Under the pieces are notes generated by a model. It was not told the DNA's origin. It worked only from the letters and a program-made list of their open reading frames with translations, and did not search any database. This document shows positions 27,880-39,030 of a stretch of DNA of 64,000 nt, in pieces. The translations under genes and the position numbers were made by a program. Source of the DNA: Camelus ferus. Its lineage: Eukaryota. The stretch's first letter is position 1. Every line of letters starts with the position of its first letter. The stretch lies in NCBI RefSeq assembly GCF_009834535.1, contig NC_045697.1, positions 26,538,001 to 26,602,000 of the forward strand. The letters run 5' to 3'.

Positions 27880-28900
27880 ATTAAGTTAGAAATGTGACTA
27901 TGTTTGGCTGAATTCACGGCAGCCAAAAAAGTATTCTTAACCGAATTTTTGGAGACCTGGAAAAGGTTTTGACAGTCTTTGGTAATGATGTATCTTTGGG
28001 AATGAGAAAATATAGCCTCCCCAATGTGTAGCTGGTTTTGATTTTACCTCCTATCTCCTTCCTTTTTAAGCACAGCCTTACTTTTTCCAACAGGGAGGCC
28101 AATAGGCCTGCATTAATTTGCATGGCTGATGTAGACACTAATCAATGTCTGCCACACAATATATGACAGCTTATTAACACAGAAACCAGGAAATTAATTA
28201 CCATAGTTTAATTCTGGAAACGGCCTTTAATTTGGTCAATACTTTCCATTAGTGATAGAATTAATTGCTTGAAAACTGATTAATGAGAAGATCCAGCAGG
28301 TAGTAATTAACATCAAAGTAAAAAAATGTTTAAGTCCTATGAAAATTATTTAGGTACATGAGAGAAAATTCTAGTCAACAGCTAGTGGAAACTACAGCTA
28401 TTCTTTAAATTTAGCATTTACTGAGCTGACTCAACATTCTGGAGTCTGTAATATAATTAAAAGAAATATTCAGTGATGATGACTTACTGCTGCAAATAAT
28501 GTCATGACTACATAATTAATATCTTTCATTTCATTCTGTATAACTCAAGGTTAGATACCAATTAATTCATAATTCAACAGCAAAACTTTTAAAGAGCTTC
28601 AAATCATTAAAGTTTATTGGAAGTAAGCCATCTTTGTACATTAATTATTTTAAATCATCTTTTACTACCAAACTTGGGGGATGATTCTTGCATTAGTCAA
28701 TTTAATTGTTCAAAGAGAATTAAATTTATCATTGACCCAGCAACTAAATAGGTCAAAATATTAATGACTATCAGAGGCTAAGCATCCTATTAACTTATTA
28801 ATTAGTATTCTAACACTTGCACTGATTTTAGGAAAACCATTAAATAAGTCTGATCATGGTTAGCAATAACATCTCCGGAAATTATACATCTGAGAGGTTT
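27880..28900. promoter_or_regulatory. Candidate developmental enhancer / conserved non-coding element
   Basis: No recognisable repeat; octamer ATTTGCAT 28116-28123, many TAATTA/ATTAAT, TCF/LEF ACATCAAAG 28310-28318. Confidence 0.45.
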
Positions 28901-29543
28901 TGTGGCTGCAATCCCTTTGGGAGTAGGGGCTAGAGGATTTGTCTTAAGGTCTTATTTGTGTAAGAAGCACATAATGGTTTTTACAAGGATAGTATGTTTA
29001 CTGAAGTAGCTTAAGGGCTGATGGAGATTACCAAGGACCTTTATCATTCCTGCCTCTTCTTCCAATTCCCCCACACTTCTGTCTTTGATTCCACCACACC
29101 AGATTCATAATACTGCTTTCATTTTAGGCAATAAAAATATATTTACCTACCACATATGCCTTATTTTTCCTTCTGAGTTGTTCAAGGATATAAAAACATA
29201 TTTGTAGTATTTGCTAATACTTCCATTAGGAATCAGGACAAAGAAGGCTGGAAGCAATGGTACAGACTTGAGCTCGGGATAGTTGATGACAAGAAAGTGG
29301 GAATTCAGAGGAATTAGCAGGGGAGCCTTAGGAGAGGAAGGACTAGCCAGCCAATTTTATGACATGCTTAGAGGACTCACTGATTCTCCAGTCCGAAAAT
29401 TCTCTTTTCAATGACCATTTTTAGAGAGTACACCACAGCTAAAAAGCAAATATTTATAGGAGCCAAAATAGAGTCACTTTTCATCGTTAGAACTTTTGGA
29501 TATAATTGTTTTTAATCTGGTGTTTCATTAGAATCATTAAAAT

Positions 29544-29890
29544 ATGCATTAGCTATCCATTGCTGCATGAGAAATTATTTGAAGATTAGTAACTTAAATA
29601 ATAAACATTAATTATCTCACCGTTTCTGTAAGTCAGGGTTCTTCGCTAGGTGGTTCTGGCTTAGGGGTCACTCATGAAATTGTGGTCAACATGTCAGCTG
29701 GGGCTGCAGTCAATGAAGGCTTGACTGGAGCTGGAAGAGTCATTTCCAAGGTGGCTGACCCACATGGCTGTTAGCAGGAAGTCGCTGTTTCTGGCCCTGT
29801 AAGCCTCTCCACAGGGTTTTTGTGTTTCTTCAAGACATGGCTGTTGTATTCCCTCAGAGAGAATGATCTTTGAAAGAGAAGAAAAGACCA
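29544..29890 (-). mobile_element. MaLR LTR (MLT1F/G-like)
   Basis: tgcattagctatccattgctgcatgagaaattat...aaggcttgactggagctggaag...ccaaggtggctgacccacatggctg. Confidence 0.8.
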
Positions 29891-30815
29891 TAATATAAGT
29901 GAATTGATTAAAAAAAGGTAAGAGAGGATAAGATTTAAAATAATATTCTCCAAATTTTGATCACTGGTCTGTAAATGGTATGTGAAGTATTAATGTAAAT
30001 AGACATTTACCAAAGAAAAAAGAAATCTGTATTCAAATAAGTTTGAAAAAAAATTAGCTTAACCAAGAAACAAATTTAAACAACCTTTTTTTTAACTGAG
30101 AGATTTCATATACTTTATGAATTCCCAAAGAAGAAATATATTTTGCAGGTATTATTAACTAATATAAGCCACTTTAGCTGTTTAAAAATCTTCAGGGTTC
30201 TTTTAATAAAATTCAGTAATTAGAGGTAAGAGGAAGACATATTTCTTCCTTATTGTCTTAGTATCAAGAGGAACATTACAGGAAGTATAAGTTTTGGACA
30301 AAAGTCTGCCAAACATACAGACATTTATTTGCAAACTGACTCAATGAGCTATTATAGCTTTAGAAACCATCAGATGAGATCTGTCAATAGAGAGCTTCAT
30401 AAAGTACCAGGACACAGAACACAGTTCTTAATTTTGAGCTCTGCTATTAAGGGCTAGTTTAGCTTGGAAGAAACATACTCACGAATGAAAAATTATTACC
30501 AGTATATCTCATGCTAATTGGCAAACCACCACTGAGTGTGGGTTCCTGAGCAGAGATGTTTCTTACTGGCTAATCATCTCTAGAAGTTGGACTGAAATCA
30601 ATTTGCACACAGATATATCACACTTTCTGTTAAAATAAATTGCCACAAGGACAACATAGAAATAACATTTTTCAAATATTTTACCACATCCTTCTTTTTC
30701 CTGAGAGCATTTGGGGGATTAACATTTTTAGAAAAGACATGGAAAAATCCCTACAAGGGGAACAATCAGGTCCAGGTTACCTAGAAGGAATTGGCTCCTA
30801 AAGAGAAAGCAACAA

Positions 30816-31063
30816 TTCCCTGTGCTATACAGTATAAACTTGTTTATCTATTATATACATATTAGTTAGTATCTGCAAATCTCAAACTCCCAATTTATCT
30901 TGTAGTAACTTATGGTGAAAAAGAATAGGAAAACGAATATATGTATGTATGAAGCATTCATTATGCTGTACACCAGAAACTGACACAACACTGTAAACTC
31001 ACTTTACTTCAATAAAAATATATATACTAGGGGTAAAAAAAGGATGCATTTAACATTAAAAAA
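30816..31063 (+). mobile_element. Lineage-specific L1 3' tail with 5' inversion
   Basis: 30816-~30899 is the reverse complement of the tail segment seen at 54383-54459; ~30896-31027 continues forward to AATAAA; degenerate TSD 30800-30815 / 31064-31079. Confidence 0.85.
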
Positions 31064-31499
31064 AGAGAGAAGGCAATAAAATTATAATGGGAAATTGATA
31101 ATGATAGATGCTGGTAAGAGACCATACCTGGATCTCATTCTCTCAATGAAAGAGCTATGAGTCAAATGATTTCCAGTATAAAGAAGGTGTTATTCATCAG
31201 GACACATCACTGAAGGAAAGCTAATTAAAAGTCTTAAGGCCCATTGCCTCAGGAGGGGCACAACAATATCTTGAGATACACGGGAAAAACATTAATTAAA
31301 TCAGTGGACTTTTTAATTGTAAAAAAACAAGCAATAGACAATCTAGTAATTTTACTGCCATTCTGATCCTAGATTCAAAATTATCAAATATACAGGGCCA
31401 AGTTTATATTTATACAATAAAATGTGTTTATGAAAAGACATGACAGTAAATTCACTCCCCAAAGAATGCCATCCACAAATGGAAATGTAATGGAAGTGC

Positions 31500-31730
31500 A
31501 GTATGTTTAGTGTTTCCTGTAAGCCGGGTGTTTTATGTGAATAATCTACTACTTCACACGGGTAACCTTACAAACCCTCACAACAACCATGTGAGGATGA
31601 AACTATTACTATTTCCGTTTTACAGATGAAGATGGAATGTGGGTAATTTTTTCAAGGACAAAATGCTTGGACTCTAAACCAAGTCTGTCTTACTCTACAG
31701 CTCATGCTGAACGTTTCTCTACACTGCCCT
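31500..31730 (-). mobile_element. MIR SINE
   Basis: ccctcacaacaaccatgtgagg...ccgttttacagatgaag...aaccaagtctgtct. Confidence 0.8.
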
Positions 31731-32564
31731 TGGGAGATGAACATTGGTCCAGAGAGACTAACTTCTGGCAGTAAACCAAATGGCAAAAATGCACAATATT
31801 GTTTAGGAGAACTTACTAAAATCAATATCTTTTAGAAGTAAAACAATAAAGAACACACGATCTCACATGCCAGAATCAAGAAGAATTAGAGTCGCATTTC
31901 ACAAGAAATGTGAAATTATCCCCGGGACCAACTATCTCTATTCTCTGTTTCACATAGCCCCTCACCATTATGAATCATTTTGTAATATGGATTTTTGGAG
32001 TATAAAAAACATTCTTAGTTGATTCTCAAGCTTTTTGTGTTTTAAACCCTTAATGTCAATCCTTTATTACGAAAAAGAAAAAAGTCTTTTTCTTAGAGTT
32101 AATTTCAGCCAACAATTCTAAGACTACATTGATTTCTTTAAAAGAGAAAAAAAGTTTATAAAAACAGAAAATAACTTCAAATTAGTAACTCACCAAAAAA
32201 TATTCGTCCACTATTAGCGTGAACTTCAATTCAATAAGCTTTTTATCTTGTACATTTTATGTGCCTAATATTACTATACTAAGTGCTGTGGGAACATAGA
32301 AAGCATGTAATTCTTTATCAATGCCTTCAAAGAAACTGTATTTTCATGAGAGAAGCAAGACATCTAAATGTTGAACTGTTGAATCATTATTCTGGGCATC
32401 ATATCAGTAAGTGCCCAAATAAAAAGTATAGACTAGAATTCCCCCGACTGCATTTCAGGAGATATTTAAAAGGAGTTCATTTTTTTTTGTTGTTAATTAT
32501 CTGGTACTAAAAAAATTTAAAAACCACACAATATTGAATATTATCTTTGCAAATTATTTCATCA

Positions 32565-32760
32565 TCATCAATATTATCAAACATTTACTGTACCTAGGCA
32601 ATAAAAACACTAAGTGCATTAGATAAATTATCTCATTTAATTCTTCAAATAATACCATGAAATAGATACTGTTATTAGCTTCATTTTATAGTTGAGAAAG
32701 ATGAGATTTGGAAAGCTTGCATTCTGATTGCAGATTATACTTAATGTTATATGTGGAGCT
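32565..32760 (-). mobile_element. MIR SINE
   Basis: atctcatttaattcttcaaataataccatgaaatagatactgttattagcttcattttatagttgagaaa. Confidence 0.75.
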
Positions 32761-33049
32761 AAGCTGCTAGACCCAAAAAATATGGGTTCTAACCTGAAAA
32801 AGGACCATGTCTCTGAGGTCCCTGAATATTTTATGTAAAAATAGTCCCATTTTTCACTTTTTATACCATCAAACTGTTTTCCTTCTATGAAATTTGCATT
32901 CCAAAATTAGCATTTATTTTTTTACTCCCTTATTTTCTGTCTACTCTAAAGAACGGCATCAACCTTTCTCACCAATATATGTGATGCTAACCTAATTCCT
33001 ATCACATCATTGGCATGCAATTAATATTTACTGGAAGGAAGGAAAAAAC

Positions 33050-33579
33050 AATCAAAGGAAAAATTGCACTAGACAAAGTTAAACAGGCAAGGAAGCCCCT
33101 TAATTCAAGGCTGTTGTGATAGGAAAGAGAGCCCAGAACTCAGTGTGACCTCAACTTCACTGATATAAAACAAAGAACCAGATAGGTTTAAGAGCTGGGA
33201 TGGGGGAATTATAGCCCATCTGTGTTTCCTAATTGGCATTACTTAAGGCAAAAGGAAACTTCCTCTCATCTTCATGACAGGAGGTAGTTTTGCAACTTGG
33301 AGTAAGCTGCCCACCGAAATCTCTCTCACAGAGACTAGTAGGTAGGGGGATGGCTTTCCTTGATGAATGCATTTCAAAGGAATGGTTCCCACGTCCTTGA
33401 GAAAGACATTCCCAGGTTATAAAACTGGAAAGAGGCTTTGAAAAAAATTCCATCTAAAGAGACAGAGAACTAATTTATAATTACAAGTTTTCTAAAGTAA
33501 AGGCACTAAGAAAAGGTCAGGAAGAAATTTGTCTGAATTTTAGTCAAGATGAGGGGAGCTTTAAGGCCTTCTTGATCAG
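33050..33579 (-). mobile_element. ERV1 solo LTR (MER67-like)
   Basis: Minus strand starts tgatcaagaaggccttaaagctcccctcatcttgactaaa; inserted in a (GGAA)n tract. Confidence 0.7.
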
Positions 33580-33600
33580 AAGGAAGGAAGGAAGACAATT

Positions 33601-34027
33601 TGGCAATCATGAAATTGTGCTGCTCAGCTCCTTTCAAAAGAACCTGCTGCAAAGGCTGACACCCTCCAACTGCTGTGCCTTTGGGTCTGTTTGCGATGTT
33701 CACACAGAGACCAAGCTCTCCTGGCTGTTTCCAGCCAATGACTGAGCATGGCCAGCATATGCAAGCTGGGCTATCCTACTCAATATGGAACTCCTCTAAT
33801 GGGGAGATTCGGCTCTAGGGTCTCCATAAACCTGGCCAAGATGTTCCCGGAGTTGCTGCAGTCTAAGGCCCTCCTACTGACTCTTCTTTCCTTCTCCCCT
33901 GCTGCAGCTAAGGCTGAAGGTTTTCCTGCCTAATTTTGCTCCTTCTCCACTTCATTCTTCACAGATGTTTTCCTAATAAATTTCTTGCACATCTAATTTT
34001 GTCTTCTCAAAAGATCCAAACTGACAC
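33601..34027 (+). mobile_element. LTR16-like ERVL LTR
   Basis: cagccaatgactgagcatgg, aactcctctaatggg, ctaataaatttcttgcacatctaa...ccaaactgacac. Confidence 0.8.
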
Positions 34028-34029
34028 CA

Positions 34030-34175
34030 AGGGAAACAAATAGAGGCAAGAGGGAGGGGAAGGGAAAGAAAGGGGGAAGAAAACAACAGAAGGCAAAAGG
34101 AAAAAAGGAGCAGAGAGGGAGAAAAAAAAAGAGAAAATATGCATGAGAGGAAAAGACAGACAGAAAGCAAGTGAG
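34030..34175. repeat. GA-rich low-complexity tract
   Basis: agggaggggaagggaaagaaagggggaagaaaac... Confidence 0.8.
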
Positions 34176-35074
34176 ACCACATAAACTGCACACACTCATC
34201 AACCTTGGTTGCAGCCCTAGAGCTTGAAGGTTGAATTTTTGCTTTGTCCCTGACTGTCATTACTAGCAGAGATGTTTTAAAGAAAGCATACACCATGCGC
34301 AGAGGGACTTTTGCTTTCTGAGTAATGGTCCTCCAAATGTCTCTTTATGGCACTCATGGGGATAATAAAAGTTTGACACAGTAGGTAACTCACCTGTACT
34401 AAAATAAATGGCTACCCTGATGACCCCTCCAGGATGGCCCAAATTAATGCTACAAAAAAAAAAAAAAAAAAAAAGGACTGGTAAAGTATTTGTCCTTCAA
34501 AATCCTGGTTCGAAATACAAATTCCCTTCAGGGGGAGCCCTCATCTGCTCACAGGTATGAATTGGCCCTACTTGGCCTAAATAAACCAGTGTATCGTAAA
34601 TGTGCATTGGCCAAAGGACGGTTAATATAAGGCCATGGACAGGAACCAGCATTACAGGCCAGGGAGCCTATGCAAGGCCTGTTAAGTTTCCTTCCCAGTT
34701 TTTTCTGCAGTGGGGAACACAAAGAACATCACGCACACACATCCTTCCTGGGGAGATGTGGCCACACAATCACTAGTGAGCAAATCATTGGATGCAAAGA
34801 TAAATCTCTCTCCAAAGTACGAAGAATGGTTTTCAGGACAAATTCAGTCAAAATCAATACTTAGAAGAAATAAATAATATTTTATCTACAGCTACAAAGG
34901 CACAATCAGCTAAAAAGTCATCCGATTTACACTATTTCCTGCTTTACTTGTAGCAGGACACTTCTTTCATTCTTTTGTTTTTTTATGAAAATCAGAGCCT
35001 ACCTGGCAAACCAGATTCAATCTTACCACAGCTCTTGGTTGTCTCCCAAGTCTTTGTGATTATCCAAGCAGTAT

Positions 35075-36438
35075 ATTTTATTTTTAATGGTTCCCAGTAG
35101 CGGAGGGTGTGTCAAGACCAATCAGTGTCCCACAGGAGAGGATCTCAGGCAGCAGTTAGATGCAGGTGGCTTGGAAGCCATACTCTCAAGGCAGCAGCTG
35201 TTAACCCAAATATATACAGTTCTGTGGGCAGGCAAGTGTAAGCCCTGCAGGCCACCAAAGTCAGGCGATGAGGAGAGAGCGCTGTCCCCTGGGCGGCAGT
35301 TCCAGAAATCAGGACTCCAGACAGCGTATAGGCTCTTCGCTGGGAGATACTTGCCGAGCTGTAGCCAAGCAGAGGGCAAAGAGGGCGTCCCCGAGCTCCT
35401 TCTCCGAGACGAAGTTCGAAGCCTCTAGACGCTGCCAAACCGGAAGTGTGCCTGTTAGGCTACGCCCCCCACCCCCACCCCGGCTCAGCAAGCGGGCCCC
35501 CTCACAGGCAGGCTGGAGGTGGGCGGTGTCAGAGTCGCTGCCTGTTTGGTGCCCTGGGTGGTGGCTTGCCTCGACCGTCTTTGGGTCATAACCCGCCCGT
35601 GGGACCGAGGAACTCAAGCTAGGACACCAAGGGGCGTCCCCTCGGTGGCAGCCGCAGAAACTGGGTCACAAGTGAAAACCGGGACACAGGCGTGTGTAGA
35701 AGTTCCCCGGCGTCTCCCGCCGGCGCTCCCGGGGGCAGAGGGGGAGCGCCAAGATGGCGCCCGCGGGCGGCAGCCAGGCTGAGGCGGGGCAACCACGGCG
35801 CCCGCCGAAAAAGGAAAAAGAAAAGATGGTGGGAAAAGAGGAAGGAAAAGAAAAAGATGGCACCTGCCAGTTTAAGCAAGGCCAGGGAGAGCACGAATGT
35901 GGCACCCACCAGCCTTGGAACCCAGACGGGCTCCCACAGGCCCCTCCCCTTCAGACCCAATTAGCGAAGGAGCCACTTGGACAGAAAGTTCCGGTGCTTT
36001 TCGAGGAGCTGCTTCTGTGCCGGGCCCTGAGCAGGTGAGTCCACTGCGGGCCCTTTCAGAGGTGTTTCTCAGGTCACCACAGTCCCCGGGCAGGGCTCAG
36101 GCACAAGCTCTTTTGTTCTTTAAAGCCAGGTGTTTGGGGGGCTTGTCTCTCAGGAGCCGGATGTGGGGTACGAATCCTTCGCTCCTCAGGGAGAAGCTCT
36201 GGCTTTTGAGTTCCCTCTGGATGTGGGTCTCAGCCCCGGGTGGGGTTTATGGAGAGATTGTGCCTCAGCCTCTCCTACCCACTTCGGTGCGGTTTCCATT
36301 TCATTTGCCTGATATGAATGGGTCACTCTACCAAGTTTTAAGTTTTTTTCGGAGGAAATTCTCCATTTATAGCTGTTGATTTCTTGTGTCTGAGGGAGGA
36401 GGTGCATTCGGGATCTTCCTACGTCGCCATCTTGAATC
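35075..36438 (-). mobile_element. Isolated L1 5'UTR (older L1MA/L1M-type), no ORF1 attached
   Basis: Minus strand begins gattcaagatggcgacgtaggaagatcccgaatgcacctcctccc (L1 start with YY1 site 36425-36434); typical antisense-UTR motifs; degenerate internal repeat (~35283 vs ~35635). Confidence 0.75.
35260..36435. promoter_or_regulatory. CpG island, putative (bidirectional) promoter
   Basis: About 35 CpG in 35401-35820 by manual count; ACCGGAAGTG 35439-35448, CAAGATGGCG 35750-35759 (+) and 36425-36434 (-), GC boxes, donor CAG|GTGAGT at 36034/36035. Confidence 0.65.
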
Positions 36439-37074
36439 TTTTTTTTTAATTTACATTTTAAAAGTTTATTTTGAAGATCATTTTAAAAACAAAATTAAAA
36501 ACAATCTGAGGAAAAGTTGCACGGAATACACTCATTAATAAGTACGGTGGTTGAATCAAAATAAGGGAAATAGATTTTATTCTGCAACTCTGGAAATAAG
36601 TTCTGTTGTTCTGAAGGTTTTTTTTATTTACAAAAAAGGGATGAGGCTGGAAACCATGGCAGTTAAAGCTGCCTCTTAATTATGTAAATATACACTAGAT
36701 ACCAAATTTTTCTGTTCTTCTCAATAAGTCAGTTTTGATCTTCAGACTGTATTGTTTTTTAAAAGATAACATGCTATAAATTCAGTGGGATTTGGTGGTC
36801 TCTCCTTTGCGAGCAAAGTAAGTCCCTGAAAGAACGTAGGCACAGTTGTCAGATCCAAGTAGGCACAAGTTGGCAAATACTGAAGATCCACTATTCTGCT
36901 TTAATCTTCTCTATCCTTCCGCTCTCCTTATTTTTTCTCACTTTACTATGGAAATTGATCTGAAGTGTGAGAGAAAGCATTTGGTATCACTACTTTAGAG
37001 TTTTATGGTTCTGCCTTCGTATATAAAGCAGTGTCATTCATTTTGATCATAGTTTCTTCAAAAACAATAGGTGG

Positions 37075-37134
37075 GTTTCTTTTTCTTTTTCTTTTCCTTT
37101 TCTTTCTTTCTTTCTTTTTTTTTTTTTTTTTCTT
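37075..37134. repeat. (CTTT)n/poly-T tract
   Basis: tttctttttctttttcttttccttttctttctttc...tttttttt. Confidence 0.9.
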
Positions 37135-37639
37135 AAGGGAACTATTGATGAATTTTTTCAGCATAAACATTGCCCATTCTAAAGGAAGCCTTCAAGCCTA
37201 GCGTCAGAACACTGCTAGCAGCTTTCAAATTGCATTTCCCAGATTCAGAAATACTACTTTAACTGGTATCCCTGATACAAAGAGAACGTCAGAATCACAC
37301 AGTGAGAAGCCAGGATCTGGTGCCAACAACAACATAACTCAGATGGTACGTTAAGAAAACCAAGGCATAGCTTGATAAAAAGTAGCAACATCCATCACTG
37401 GGCAGTTGGCAGATCCCTAAACGCTCTTTGCAGGCTGAGAACGTAAAACTACAAAGTAGCACAAGCTGAAACCAAGGTAGCTGAAACACAATACTGTGCA
37501 AGAAAAGAGAAAATGTTCGGGAAAGAACAATAAAAAATCTGGGAATAAAACAATGAAATGGGAGAACAGGAGATGAAAAATGAAGTTTGTAATGTAACAC
37601 AAGCATTTGAAATATAAAAGTAAGAATCAAGATTTTTTG

Positions 37640-37785
37640 ATGCAATCTACAAGTATTAAGAGCTTACCATATTCTAGGCATATTTTAGGCACTTGGGACA
37701 CATCCACAAGTAAAAAGACAATGAATGAACTCTGCCGTCAAGTAGATTACATTGTGTAGGCGGATTAGGGAGGCAGACAAAGAGG
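37640..37785 (-). mobile_element. L2 fragment
   Basis: aagtattaagagcttaccatattctaggcatattttaggcacttggga. Confidence 0.65.
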
Positions 37786-38291
37786 AGAGAGGGCCGAAGC
37801 CAAGATAAAGGGCTTGAAATCTGTATTCATGATAAGAATAAGGTCTACACATGCAGAAGGGGTTTTAGGAAACTTCCAAAACATCAAAGGCTGAAGGGTC
37901 TATGCTTCACACCTTTTGAGTTTACCAGCTTTAAAACACAGCACAAGTCTAACATAATGAAATATTTAAATTCATCTTTAAAAAGTCTAATTATTTTTTA
38001 AATATTTATCCACGTCACGGCCCTTTGAAGTAGGATACATGAACTGATACTTAACAGATGTTTTATTAATAACCACTGTAGTTTGGCAAAAGCTATCATG
38101 TTTTCATTGTTTCCAGATGGAAATCCTGTCATTCTCCTCAAATCCTTTTGTCATCACAGAGTTCTGAGATTAATCTTACTCTAGGTGTCTATGCATCACT
38201 AGCATTAGACCTACCCAGACTGGATACCTTGACTATTGATTTAAGATTTATTGCCTCATGTGAAATGCATGCATGTGCACACATGCACAAA

Positions 38292-38315
38292 CACACACAC
38301 ACACACACACACACA
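38292..38315. repeat. (CA)n microsatellite
   Basis: About 12 CA units, preceded by atgcatgcatgtgcacacatgcac. Confidence 0.95.
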
Positions 38316-38854
38316 ACAATCCACTTTACAAAATTATTTCTTAGCCAGGATTATTTCTGTGTGGGTCTGCTGTATCTACCATTTTCAGTTATATTTCTCT
38401 TATTCCACTTGTAGAGTCATGTCCAAGTGTCTCCTGGCAGATCATGGATAGTCTTATCATTCAGAGCAGGAAGATAAAGCAGCAATACTTCTGATGTTGT
38501 GTCAAGTTAGAAGGTAATTCAGTTTGCTTGCTCTGGTTTGCAGTAATTGTTTGAAGAAGTGAAGCTCTGCCACAAATCATTTTGGCAGCTACCATTAACT
38601 TGGGCTGTGAAATGGACATTACATAGACTCATATGTCAGTCATTATAATGCCAGTCAAGGGAAATTTTAAGAGGGAAAATCTGGGGAAAAACATATCCCA
38701 TATGTATTCTCTGCCCACTACACTTTTATCAGTGCTGGTTTCCAGTTCTTTTATAAATTTGTTTTCTTTATCCTTTATCTCCATCTCATGGTCCTATTTT
38801 CATTTAAATTAGGCAAATCTGTGTCCTAATGCCAATGGTTATTTTGGTGGTTAT

Positions 38855-39030
38855 CCTGGGCCAGTGGCCTTACCTCTCTCAGCCTCAATTCTCTCATCTG
38901 TAAGATGGGCATCATGATACTGCCTACCTAGCACAGTTTTGTTTTGCTTTATTTTTTATAAGGATTAACTGATGGAATGCAAATAAAGGACTTATTCACA
39001 GTGCATTCAATCCGCCATTCAATAATTATT
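38855..39030 (+). mobile_element. MIR SINE
   Basis: cctctctcagcctcaattctctcatctgtaagatgggcatcatgatactgcctacct. Confidence 0.8.

Noticed and set aside
35087..36407. Other overlapping ORFs in the CpG island (e.g. 160 aa at 35897-36379, 113 aa at 35087-35428)
   Set aside because: Weaker start contexts, no recognisable homology, GC-rich repeat DNA; only 35754-36038 has independent supporting signals.
38148..38414. 88-aa ORF with hydrophobic C-terminus as a stand-alone gene
   Set aside because: TTG start and runs through a (CA)n microsatellite; noted only as a speculative splice partner.
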